NCBI GenBank assembly: GCA_963832165.1
Contig: CAWHTE010000011.1
Span: 352,001 to 416,000 of the forward strand
From: an uncultured delta proteobacterium
GTDB taxonomy: Bacteria; Myxococcota_A; UBA9160; SMWR01
Reading direction: 5' to 3'
DNA: 64,000 bases
Position numbers and translations under genes: made by a program. Positions 38,728-49,690 of this stretch are shown piece after piece (the first letter of the stretch is position 1; the number at the start of each line of letters is the position of its first letter). The notes below the pieces were generated by a model. That model was not told the origin of the DNA, ran no database searches, and worked only from the letters and a program-made list of their open reading frames with translations.

Positions 38728-39517
38728 CGCCACCGTGGCAGTGACCGGCGGCTCGAGCGGCATGGGTCGTGCCGCCGCAGAGTGCATGGCGGACGACGGC
38801 GCGCGCGTCGCGGTGCTCGCGCGCCGAAAGGATCTGGTCGACGAGACGGTCGCTGCGCTGCGCGAGCGCGGCAGCCCCGACGCGATCGGCCTCGCGGTCG
38901 ATGTGACGGATGCGCGCGCGGTGGAGGCCGCATTCGCAGAGCTGGGCGAACGCTGGGGCGCGCTCAACGCGCTCGTGAATACGGTGGGCCCGGGCGACAC
39001 CGGCACGATCGACACGCTCTCGGACGAGAGCTGGGCGCGCAGCCTCGAGCTCGGGCTGATGGCCGCGGTGCGCTGCACGCGCGCGGCGCTGCCGTGGATG
39101 CGCAAAGCGCCCTGGGCGCGGATCGTGAACGTGTCGGCGCACTCGACGCAGCGCCAGACGCCGACGCTGATCGGCTACACGGCCGCGAAGGCCGCGCTCA
39201 CGAGCATGAGCAAGAACCTCGCCAAGACGCTCGCGAAGGAGAACATCCTCGTGAACACGGTCTCGCCGGGCACATTCCTCTCGGGCGGCGTGAAGACGTG
39301 GCTCCAGGGGATGGCCGAGAAGCGCGGCATCGATCCGAACAGCCTCGAAGATCTGAACCGGATCATCGCGGAGGACTTCCACGAGCCGTCGGATCTCGGA
39401 CGCGCGGGGATGCCCGACGAGATCGGCAGCGTGATCGCGTTCCTCGCGTCGCGCCGCAACAGCTACATGACGGGCGCGAACGTGAACGTGGACGGCGGGT
39501 CGGACTTCGCCGCGTGA
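38708..39517 (+). CDS. SDR family oxidoreductase
   Basis: TGGSSGMG, YTAAK, VDGG. Confidence 0.92.
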   Translation: MDLGWTDATVAVTGGSSGMGRAAAECMADDGARVAVLARRKDLVDETVAALRERGSPDAIGLAVDVTDARAVEAAFAELGERWGALNALVNTVGPGDTGTIDTLSDESWARSLELGLMAAVRCTRAALPWMRKAPWARIVNVSAHSTQRQTPTLIGYTAAKAALTSMSKNLAKTLAKENILVNTVSPGTFLSGGVKTWLQGMAEKRGIDPNSLEDLNRIIAEDFHEPSDLGRAGMPDEIGSVIAFLASRRNSYMTGANVNVDGGSDFAA

Positions 39518-40662
39518 CGGCACTCGTCGCGGACGATCTGCTCGCGGAGGCGCGCGAGCGGACCGGGCTCGCCGATTTCGGCGACCCGATCTTCCGCGAG
39601 GGCCTCGACGTACTGCTCGAAGACGTCGCGCGCGCCGAGCTCCACGACCTCGGGCGCATGGTGTGGCGCGGCCGGATCGTCTCGCACCTCGTCCAGCGCC
39701 TGCGCGTGGAGGACTGGATCGCGCGGCATCCGGAGATCCTCGATCGGCCGGTGCCGGCGCCCGTATTCGTGATCGGGCTGCCGCGCACGGGCACCACCGC
39801 GCTCTCGCATCTGGTCGCGCAGGATCCCGACGCGCGATCGCTGCGCGTCTGGGAATCGGCGCAGCCCGTGCCGCCGCCCGAGGTCGAGTGCGAGGGCGAT
39901 CCGCGCATCGCGTCCGCGGAGCAAGGGCTCGCGGCGATGCACCAGCTCTCGCCGAAGCTCGCCGCGATGCACGAGGACACCGCGACCGGCCCCACCGAGA
40001 ATCACGATCTGCTCGGCATGAGCTTCCGCACGTTCCACTTCGAGGGCATGGCCTGGGTGCCGCGCTATGTCGAATGGTGGCTCGCGTGCGACATGGTGCC
40101 CGCGTATCGCGGCATGAAGCGCGTGCTCCAGCTGCTCGCATCGCGCGGCGGGCCGCAGCGCTGGCACCTGAAGTCGCCGCCCGACTCGTTCTGCCTCGAC
40201 GCCGTGCTCGCAGTGTTCCCGGACGCGCGCTTCGTGATGACGCACCGCGACCCGGCCTCGGTGCTCGGCTCGGTGTGCAGTCTCCTGCGCACGATGCACG
40301 AGCTTACGGGACGGCCGCCCGCGCCGGAGCTGCTCGGGCCCGCCGAGCTCGCGGCGTGGAGCGAGGCGATGCGGCGGGCGCTCGCCGTGCGCGCGCGCGT
40401 GGGCGAGGCGCGCTTCGCCGACGTGCACTTCCACGAGCTGGTCGCGGATCCGGTCGGCGTGATCGCGCGCGCATACGACCACCTCGGTGTACCGTTCACG
40501 CGCGATGCGGAGCAGAGGATCGCGGCCTACGCCGCCGCCCATCCGCGCGGCCGGCTCGGCGAGCACCACTACCGGCTCGAAGACTTCGGGCTCGACCGCG
40601 CGGCCGTACACGCGGCGTTCTCGTTCTACACCGATCGGTGTGGCGTCAAGAGAGAGGACTAG
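39514..40662 (+). CDS. Sulfotransferase family protein
   Basis: PAPS loop IGLPRTGTT, LKSP, MTHRDP. Confidence 0.88.
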   Translation: MTALVADDLLAEARERTGLADFGDPIFREGLDVLLEDVARAELHDLGRMVWRGRIVSHLVQRLRVEDWIARHPEILDRPVPAPVFVIGLPRTGTTALSHLVAQDPDARSLRVWESAQPVPPPEVECEGDPRIASAEQGLAAMHQLSPKLAAMHEDTATGPTENHDLLGMSFRTFHFEGMAWVPRYVEWWLACDMVPAYRGMKRVLQLLASRGGPQRWHLKSPPDSFCLDAVLAVFPDARFVMTHRDPASVLGSVCSLLRTMHELTGRPPAPELLGPAELAAWSEAMRRALAVRARVGEARFADVHFHELVADPVGVIARAYDHLGVPFTRDAEQRIAAYAAAHPRGRLGEHHYRLEDFGLDRAAVHAAFSFYTDRCGVKRED

Positions 40663-40663
40663 T

Positions 40664-41783
40664 GTGAGCGATCCGTCCGCGCGCGACCGCGTGCTCTCGG
40701 GCGAGGCCTGGAACGCGTTCTGCGATGCGCTCAAGGAAGTGGGCGGCCTGATCCAGGACCCGCGCGCGCCCGCAGACGCGCTCGACCGCGCCGAGGGCTA
40801 TCGCTTCCTGATGCGCCTCGTGCGCTACGGCTTCGAGTCGTTTCTCGAATACAGCGATCCACTGAACCCGCAGCTGCACCGCGGTTCGCACGAGACGATC
40901 AAGATCATCCACGAGAACCCGGACAACCTGTATCTGGGCGCGCGCGTCGATGGGCGCCACAGCTACCGCGTGTTCGGAACGCTCGGCACCGCGCGCTGGA
41001 TGAGCTTCAACATCCATGCGGGCGCCTTTGGCGCGGGCGGGCGCGGCACGGCGTATGCGCTCGATGCGAAAGAGCTGACGCTCGGCGCCGATCGCTCGTT
41101 CGAGCTGTTCCTGGGCGGCGAGCAGCGCGGCCCGAACTGGCTGCCGCTGCCGCCCGACGCGGGCTCGCTGATCGTGCGACAGACGTTCGGCGATCGCGCG
41201 CAGCGAGCGCGCGTCCGAGCTTTCGATCGAGCGGCTCGGTATACGCGAGCGGCCTTCGCCGCTCGCGTCCGAGAAGGTCGGCTTTGCGCTCGATGCCACG
41301 CCAGCTCTCGTTCGCGCGCTCGTCGAGATGGCACTTTCGTGGTCCGGCGATCTCGCGAAGCAGAGGAACTGCTTCGCGGACATGATGCCCGCCGCGGCCG
41401 CGATCTTCCGCGACCCCGACATCCAGTTCCATGTCGCCTACTTCGATCTCGCGCCCGACGAGGCGCTCGTCGTCGAGGCGCGCCCGCCGAAGTGCGACTA
41501 CTGGATGTTCGTGCTCTCCAACCACTGGCTCGAGACGCTCGACTACACGCAACACCGCATCACGTTGAACAACCACTCCGCCGTGCTCGAGCCCGACGGC
41601 ACCGTGAAAGTGATCGTCGCCGCGCGCGATCCGGGCCATCCGAACTGGCTCGACACCGCCCACCACGCGCGCGGCACGATCGGCGTGAGGTGGGTGGGGA
41701 AGGGCGTCGAGAACGTCGTGCCGACCGCGCGCGTGATCCGGCTGACGCCCGATTCCGCCGCGCAGCAGCAACAGCAGCAGTAG
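40664..41783 (+). CDS. DUF1214-like protein, frameshift near 41200
   Basis: DRAEGYR, ENPDNLY, LIVRQTF, then in another frame NHWLETLDY and DPGHPNWLDT...G..RW. Confidence 0.72.
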
Positions 41784-41966
41784 ATGTCGACGTGCGGTGG
41801 GTGGGAAGTGCGTCGGTGGTCCGTAGCGCGCAACTGATTCGCCTGTCTAACGACACGATCGTGTGTTGACTTTCCCCGCGCGCGGGTCGAGAGTCGCCAG
41901 GACTCCCGTCCCCCCTGTGACGCACTTCATATCGGGCCGTCGCGGCCGCAGGGTACAAGTACCGCC

Positions 41967-44900
41967 ATGCGTCGCTCTCCCGTCCATGCGATCGCGGTGA
42001 TTGCGCTCCTACTCGGCGCCGCCAATCCGGCGCTCGCGGCGTTTCCGGGGGTGAACGGTCCCATCGCGTACATCCCATGGCACTCGTCCGGAGCAGTCTT
42101 TCTCACCGGAACCGGGCAGTTGGTCGGTGCGACCAACGCCGACACCGACCCCGTGTTCTCCCCGGACGGGTCGCGGGTCGCTTTCGTCGCCAAGGGCAGC
42201 GATGGCCGGAACCACATCTTCGTGATCCGAAAGGACGGCACCCAGCTTCGGGATGTCATCGGCGCCAACGTCTTCGGTACAGGAGCCTTCATTGGCAATC
42301 CGGCCTGGACTCCCGACGGACAGGGAATCTCGTTCGACGTGGCGAGCGCAGACCCGTCGAGCAACGGCATCTGGACGGTTCGCCTGGATGGGGAAGGGGA
42401 GCGGACCCGAACGGTCCCAGTCGGCCAATTTCCGAAGTGGTCGTCCGCGCGGAACGAAATGGTGTACAGCTGTGTCTCGGGCTTTTGCGTCTACAACGCG
42501 AAGACTCGCCAGATACGCCAACTACCGATCCAGTGGCCGGACAGTTCGGCGCCGGGCCGTCCCGAGTGGTCTCCGGATGGCAGTCGGATCGTATTCGCGA
42601 TGAGCTGGGGCGTTCAACCCGACCCCCATAACGAGATCTTCACCATGGGCCCCTACGGTGGTGGGCTCACGCAGATCACGAATGGTGGCCCCGCGACCTG
42701 CACCAGCAATCCGCAGGGGGTCCCCCCGACCAAGTACCCCCCCGTGTTCCATTTCGAGCCGACCTACTCCCCGGACGGTCAGCAGATCCTCTTCGACGGC
42801 CACACAATGGTCCAAGAGCCTTATCCGCACCAGCCCACCAAGACGGACTGTGTGCCCCGCGACGGCGGCATCTGGTCGCTTGGGGGCCTCTTGATCCCGA
42901 ACGCGGGGAGTCCGGACTGGGGACCGGTCCCCGCCAATCTGACGGTCCAGGTCCACGACGGCCACAACGATTACGACGGCCCCGCCAACCCGCTCGTGGG
43001 GCTGAAGGTGGAGGTGTGCACCACGGCCGGGTGTCCGCCGGAGGGCACGGGCACGGTCGTCAACAGCAACCCCTACAAATCCGGCGGGGGCTACGGCTTC
43101 GACGTCGCTGCGGGCGACTACGTCGTGCGCGCGACGCTGATCGATGACCCGTCCGGAGGTGCGACCCCCGCGTTCTCGATCGAGAACGCCGTCGACACAC
43201 CGTCCCAGCTCAAGCCGATCAAAGACCCCGTGTGGATCGAGCGAAACGTCACGGTGCTGGGTGGCACGCCCGTGATCTTCAATTTCCCCTTCGACGATTC
43301 CGGCGCGCTCGCGGCGACCAGCGTCGATTCGAATCCGGAACACCGCAATCGGCTCGACGACATGGCCAACATCTACTTCCGCATGCACCAGTTCGTCGAC
43401 TGGCTGCACGGGAGCTTGACCTCGAACACCGGCCCGATGGTGAGATTCTGGACGTTCGCCGTCACGGACCCGACGGATGGAGGCGACGTCACCTCCAAGG
43501 GGGGAGCGTATTACTGGTCAGCGCACAACGCTGTTGTCATGGACATCCCGTTCTCGGAGTACCAGAGTCGCGATGGCGGTCTCAACATTCTCGGTCCGGA
43601 CCCAGGGCCTGGACACAGCGATGGCTTCGAACATGGACCCTGGGTCGAGTGGCACGAGTTCACACATCACTTCTTCGACAAGTCCGTCATCTCGAGTGAC
43701 TGTCCGGAGGATCTCGCTTGGCACAGCGGATATTCGAACAAAACCACCTGCAGCTCGCTGAACGAGGGATTCGCGACGTTTCTGCCGGCACTGGCGGGGC
43801 AGACGATCTTGGGCACCTCTAACGGCAAATACATGATGTTCGTACACATTGAGCCTCAATGGAAAGCGTGGGATGTCGGGTTCGATAAAGATGAGACCGG
43901 TGCGACCACGACATCTTTTCACGAGGAGCTCGCCGTCGCGGGGATTTTCTGGGATCTCGTGGATGCGAACGCCGATACCGAATCGAATACGCAGGCCATC
44001 AACAATCCCGGCGATCATGTTTCGGTGACCTACACCGACACGACGAGCATGCCGCTGAGCGCGATCTGGATATCGATGATCGTGAATCGACCGGAGACCG
44101 TGCGCGAGCTGTGGGAGGAAGTCCTGAACTTCCAACCGATCAGCGAGGATCTCGACGGCGATGGCGAAGCGGATGTAACGCCGATCGACGAGCTGTTCCT
44201 GATGCATGGTTTCTTTCCGATCGACAACGAACAGAACATCGGGCACAAGCCACGCCACTACGACATGGGCGCCGCCGAGCTCGTGGGTCTTCCCCGCAAC
44301 GGCCTCGTCTCGCGCTCCGATCACTACGTGGCCCACCCGCCGCCCACCAAGACCTTCATCCCCCGGAGCACTACGCCGCTCAACCCGAACGCCAGCGTCG
44401 CCCTCGACGTGCGGGACGCGTCGGGAACACCGTTGGCTGGCGCGACGGTCGAGCTGACGATCCAATACCCGGGTTCCAGGCTGAGCCGATCGAGGGACGC
44501 CTCGGCAACGGCGATGGCGCGCTCGTGCATCTCCAGCTGCCGCCGTACTTCGACTATTTCCCTGACACCGGCGCGCCTCCGCCGTGCGATCCGGAGACCG
44601 ACCGCCGCGTCGAGGTGCAGGTGACGGGGAGCGTGAACGGGTATACGTCGCCGGACTCCGCGACGTTCGACAACTGTGCCTATCAGCAGGCGGTCGCGAA
44701 CGCGACGGAGCCCGGTGTGCTGCCGGTCACGCTGACCTTCCCCGAGGATTCGACACCGCCGGTCACGGCGATCACCGCGACACCCACGGCCGTGACGCTC
44801 GGCGGTGCGGCCACCGACCACTGGACCGTCTCGCTCAAGTGCGACGATCCGGTCGTCGGCGACTTCGCAGGGGGCTGCATTTCGATCGAGTACCGCGTCG

Positions 44901-46380
44901 ACAACGGGCCGCTCACGCCCTATCGCGAGCCGTTTACGGTGACGGGGGAGGGCCAGCATCCACTCGAGTTCCACTCGATCGATGCGGCCGCGAACGCGGA
45001 GAGCTTCCAGCTTCGCGTGCTCGCGATCAACGCGGATCCGGACACGGACGGCGATGGGCTCTCCGACGCGCTCGAAGACGAGCTGAACACGAATCCGCTC
45101 GACTCCGACACCGACGACGACGGCCTGCTCGACAATGAGGAGATCGAGACCGGCACGAACCCGATGTATCCGGACACCGACTTCGACGGCATTCTCGATG
45201 GCGCCGAGGCCGCGTACGGCACGAACCCGCTCGATTGGGATACCGATGACGATGGCCTCGCGGACGGCCCCGAGGTAGCCGCCGGGACCAATCCACTGAC
45301 CCCGACAGCGACGACGACGGCCTGAACGACCGGGCCGAGGAAATTCGCGGGACGAATCCGCTCTCCTTCGACACGGACGGCGACGGTGGAAGCGACGGAG
45401 CGGAGGCCGCCGCCGGCACGAATCCATTCGACGGCGACAGCGACGACGATGGGCTCGCGGATCCCTCGGACAACTGCCCGCTGTTTGTGAACCCCGGCCA
45501 GGAGAATTCGGAGAGCGACGGCCTCGGCGACGTGTGTGATCTCGACGATGACAACGATGGCTTCATGGACGGATATGAATATGCGACTTGGCAGCTCGTG
45601 GGGATCACGAGCGACGAGAGTTCGTCGGGGTGATCACGCCCGAGTCGCTGTTCGCGATCGACCTCGCGAATGCGTCGGCAACCTTCCTGATGGCGCTCGG
45701 CAACGGTGGCGACGGGGACGCGATCGGCTTCAACCCGGTCGACGGTCTGCTCTACCACGCTTCGGGTTGGGCACGCGGCAATCCCGTCTGGGAGAGCATC
45801 GACGTTTCTGCGCGGACGATCGTATCGACCGGACCGTTCGAGCAGTGACTACGATTTCGACCTACCCACCGCGATGACCTTCAACCCGGCAACCGGAAGG
45901 TTCCTGAGCTGCGATGGTTATTCTTCCCTGTTGGATACGACACTCACGGGCGTCGCCACCTCGATCGGTGTGTCTGTTCCGCTCGGGGTGAAGGGTCTCG
46001 CGTTTGCGAACGGCGTGCTCTACGGCGCGAACGGACGCGACGACAGCCTCCACAAGCTGGATCCGACCGGCGCTCCGATCGCGACAGTGGATGTGACGCT
46101 CGCAGGCGAGACCGTGGACATGAACGGCCTCGCGGTCCATCCAGTTACGGGAGAGCTGTGGGGAATCTTCGGCCGGCCCGGTTTTCCGCAGTACCTCGGC
46201 ACCGTCGATCCGGTCACGGGTGCTGCGACCTCGGTGGGTCCCCTCCCGGACGTCTTCGAGGACATCGCCTTCGTCCCAGAGCCGTCGTCGCTGCTCGCGC
46301 TCGGTGCGGGTGCGATCGCGCTCGCGCTGTGCGCGGCGCACCGGCGGCGCAGTGAGCGTTCGCACAGCAACTGGATTTGA
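41967..46380 (+). CDS. Large secreted multidomain protein (TolB-like propeller, HExxH metalloprotease-like, Ca-binding/TSP3 repeats, PEP-CTERM); about four frameshifts (~44480, 45305, 45630, 45845)
   Basis: Signal peptide; FSPDG/WTPDG/WSPDG repeats; HEFTH...NEGFA; DTDxDGLxD...GTNP repeats; DNCP..NP.Q; VPEPSSLLALG. Confidence 0.7.
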
Positions 46381-46389
46381 ATCCAGTTG
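46368..46389. repeat. Perfect 10-2-10 palindrome upstream of the HNH gene
   Basis: CAACTGGATT-TG-AATCCAGTTG. Confidence 0.9.
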
Positions 46390-46415
46390 ACGTGATGTTA
46401 TGCAAGTGTTATTCT
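46387..46415 (+). promoter_or_regulatory. Sigma70-type promoter of the HNH gene
   Basis: TTGACG (46387-46392), 17 bp, TATTCT (46410-46415), with extended -10 TG at 46407-46408. Confidence 0.7.
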
Positions 46416-46456
46416 GAGCATCGACCTCACCCCATTGGTTCCACTGAGGTCTTGCG

Positions 46457-47548
46457 ATGGCGACTCCGCTCGCTGGGATTTCGAATGCCCAGCTGATCGC
46501 CCGGGTCCGGGAGCTGGTTTCCGGCCTCGACGAAGTCGAGGCTGATCTATTGGATCATCTCGGCGAGGTCGATGCTCGCCGGCTGTACCTCGAAGAGGGC
46601 TGCTCCTCGATGTTTGCCTGGTGTCAACGTGTCCTGCACTTCGCAGAGGGCGTTGCTTACAAGCGAATTCAAGCAGCGCGTGCAGCACGGGAGTTTCCCC
46701 AGATCCTCCAGGCGGTGCGCTGCGGAGATCTGCACCTCACGGCCGTCGGACTGCTCGCTCCCAAGTTGAGTGCGGATAACTGTGACGAGTTGATCGGCGC
46801 CGCACGACATCGCAGCGCAGACGAAATCAAGCGATTCCTCGCGGATCGCGAGCCACGTCTTGCTCCGCCGACATCGGTGCGCCGGATTCCGGAGCCACCG
46901 AAGGTGGTCTCGCCGATCCCCTCGGAGCCAATGTTGGCACCTTCTCCTGCACCAAGTGCGCCTACTCCTCAACGCGCGCGCACCGAGCCGCTCGGAGCCG
47001 AACGATACGGGTGCAGTTCACGGCCGATCACGAGACGCACTCGCAGCTCGAAGAGCTGCGCGCGCTGATGCGGCACCAGGTGCCCGATGGCGACATCGGG
47101 AAGATCCTGGGTAAAGCGATCTCGGTTTTGCTCGCGCAGGTGCGCAAGCAGAAGTTTGCGGAGAGCTCATCTCCGCGCTCGGCGCGGCCGAGCGAGGGGA
47201 CATCGCGACACATTCCCGCCGCTATGCGGCGGGCCGATCTGGGAGCGCGACGGCGGCCGCTGCACGTTCACCTCGCCCGGCGGCGTGCGCTGCGATTCCC
47301 GGGACTTCGTGGAGTTCGATCACATCGAGGCCTGGTCTCGCACGCGAAGCCACTCCGTCGCGGACATCACGCTGCGTTGCCGCGCGCACAACCAACTGCG
47401 CGCCCGACAGGACTTCGGCGAAGCCCACATGGCGCGGTTCGAGCGCCGAACTGGATTTGAATCCAGTTGTCCTCCGCTCGCGGGAGCGAGCGAGGATCTT
47501 GGATGCGGTCCATCCTCGGTGGGCGCGGCGCATCAGCCAGGCTCCTGA
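46457..47548 (+). CDS. HNH endonuclease with DUF222-like helical N-terminus; frameshifts near 47010 and 47230
   Basis: HLGEVDARRLY...SSMFAWC...AYKRIQAAR; SRHIPAA.RR; WERDGGRC; EFDHI; LRCRAHN. Confidence 0.8.
47449..47468. repeat. Second copy of the palindrome at the HNH 3' end
   Basis: AACTGGATTTGAATCCAGTT, followed by a GC hairpin at about 47470-47495. Confidence 0.9.
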
Positions 47549-47653
47549 AGCAGCTCGCCGCCTGATTTTGCGATGCACCAAGCGGTCCTAGCTTGCTCCC
47601 CGAGCCGAAATCTGGTTATCTGACGGTTCGTCAAAAATGATCGAGGAGCCTCC

Positions 47654-48892
47654 GTGACCCCCAGTACCCCCGAGCGGCCCTACATCACGATCACGGGCGA
47701 CACCCACGCGGGCGCCGCGATCGACATGTACCGCGAGTACCTCGACCCGAAGTGGCGCGCGGAGTTCGACGCCTGGCGCGGCCAGTACCGCAACCCGTCG
47801 AAGAAGCTGCTCGGCACCAAGAAGACCAAGAACTGGGACTCGGCCGAGCGCCGCGCCGACCTCGAGAGCGACGCCGTGGTGGCCGAGGTGATCTTTCCCA
47901 ACACGGTTCCGCCGTTCTACGACAAGGCATATCACGTCTCTGCTCTGGCACGGCCTGATCAATACGAGCGCTGGTTGGCTGGTACTCGCGCGCATAACAG
48001 ATGGCTGGCCGACTTCTGTGCCGAGGAACCCCAGCGCAGAGCGGGGATCGGGCTGATCCACCTGAACGACATTGATGACGCAATCGAAGACGTGAAATGG
48101 ATCGCCGAGCACGGACTGCGCGGCGGTGTGCTGCTGCCGCTGCCCGCACTCGACGACGTGCACCTCGAGCAGGTCAGCTCGCCGAGCTACGACCGGCTCT
48201 GGGCCGCGATCCAGGATCACGGGCTCGTGATCAACCAGCACTCGGGGCAGGGCAGCCCGCACTACGGCGCGACCGCGGGCGATCAGATGCTCTGGGTGCT
48301 CGAGATGCCCTTTTTCGTTCAGAGGGGATTCTGTCAGCTCATTCTGTCGGGCGTCTTCGAACGCTTCCCACGGCTGAGGTTCATCCTCACGGAATCCGGC
48401 TGCGCCTGGGCACCAGGCCTGCTCAGAAGGATGGACGGCGTGCACATGGGCATGAAGGCCGGCGCGATGGGCGAGGTCGACATGTCGCAGGGCAAGCCGC
48501 TCGAGGAGCCGCCGAGCTTCTACGCGCGCCGCAACTGCTGGTACGGGGCCAGCTTCCCGTCGCCGGCCGACGTCTCAGGACGCGACTACGTCGGCGTCGA
48601 CCGGATCCTCTGGGGCAACGACTACCCGCACTACGAGGGCTGCTACCCGTACTCGCGCGAGAACATGCGACTCGCCTACGCCGATATCGACGAGAAGGAA
48701 GTGCGCATGATGCTCGGCGAGAACGCAGCAAACCTCTACGGGTTTGATCTCGAGGTGCTGCGCCCGATCGCGGAGAAGGTCTGCGTCACGCCCGACTTCG
48801 TGCGCCAGCCGCTCGACGAGATTCCCGCCGACTCGATGTGCCCGACGTTCCAGCGCGCGCGATACGAGCGCGCGATGGCGGCGCGCGCTTAG
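47654..48892 (+). CDS. Amidohydrolase family 2 protein
   Basis: GDTHAG, AEVIFPN, HNRWLADFC, GVFERFPRL...TESG, WGNDYPHYEG. Confidence 0.88.
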   Translation: MTPSTPERPYITITGDTHAGAAIDMYREYLDPKWRAEFDAWRGQYRNPSKKLLGTKKTKNWDSAERRADLESDAVVAEVIFPNTVPPFYDKAYHVSALARPDQYERWLAGTRAHNRWLADFCAEEPQRRAGIGLIHLNDIDDAIEDVKWIAEHGLRGGVLLPLPALDDVHLEQVSSPSYDRLWAAIQDHGLVINQHSGQGSPHYGATAGDQMLWVLEMPFFVQRGFCQLILSGVFERFPRLRFILTESGCAWAPGLLRRMDGVHMGMKAGAMGEVDMSQGKPLEEPPSFYARRNCWYGASFPSPADVSGRDYVGVDRILWGNDYPHYEGCYPYSRENMRLAYADIDEKEVRMMLGENAANLYGFDLEVLRPIAEKVCVTPDFVRQPLDEIPADSMCPTFQRARYERAMAARA

Positions 48893-49579
48893 CGGCGGGA
48901 TCCGCCTTCGGCTCCTCCCGCCCTACATTTCGAGAGCGCTTTCGCCGCGTAGGCGCCCATCGCCTCGGCCTCGCGGCGCACCGCGGGCCGCGCGCGCGTG
49001 CGCGCGAGCCAGTCGCGCACGTTCGCGTGCGCGTCGGCGGGCGGAGCGCCGAGCGTCGCGGCCGCGTTCACCATGATGAACGTGCCGATGTCGGCGACGC
49101 TGAACGCGCCGCACAGGTACTCGCGGCCGGCGAGCTCCTTGTCGAGCGCGTCGTAGCGCTGCGCGAGCGCTTCGCGCGCCGATTCGACGCGCGCGCGGAT
49201 CGCCCGTACCGCTCGCCGCGGCGTAGAAGACGCCCTCGATCAGATCCCAGATCGCGGGGAACCAGATCTCGTCGGCCGCGGCTTCGAGCTCGCGGCAGCG
49301 CGCGCGCGCGATCGCGTCGCGCGGGTAGAGCGGGGGCTCGGGATAGCGATCCTCGAGGTACTCGAAGATGACGGTCGAGTCGTAGACCACGACGTCGCCG
49401 TCGACGAGCACGGGGACCTGGCGCTTCGGATTCAGCGCGACGACATCGGGGTGATGCGGCTCGTAGCGGTCCTTGAGGCTCCAGCCCACCTCGATGCGCT
49501 CGTACCCGAGTGCCTTCTCGTCGAGCGCGATCCGCACCTTGGCCGTGAACAGGCTGAGCGGTCCCGAGTAGAGCTTCAT
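48889..49579 (-). CDS. Glutathione S-transferase family protein, frameshift near 49200
   Basis: LNPKRQVPVL, YDSTVIFEYLED; the C-terminal FSVADI...W..R..ARPAV is in another frame. Confidence 0.82.
48894..48926 (-). repeat. GTAG REP
   Basis: 33 bp identical to 35159-35191; lies at convergent gene ends. Confidence 0.8.
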
Positions 49580-49690
49580 GACTCCCTCCGATGGCGCGAT
49601 GCCGCCAGATTCGTCGGACGTGCGGTTCCTGAAAAGGGCCACGATCGGATAGATTCCTGGGGCCAATTTCGGAGGGCTGGATCCGCTCGC

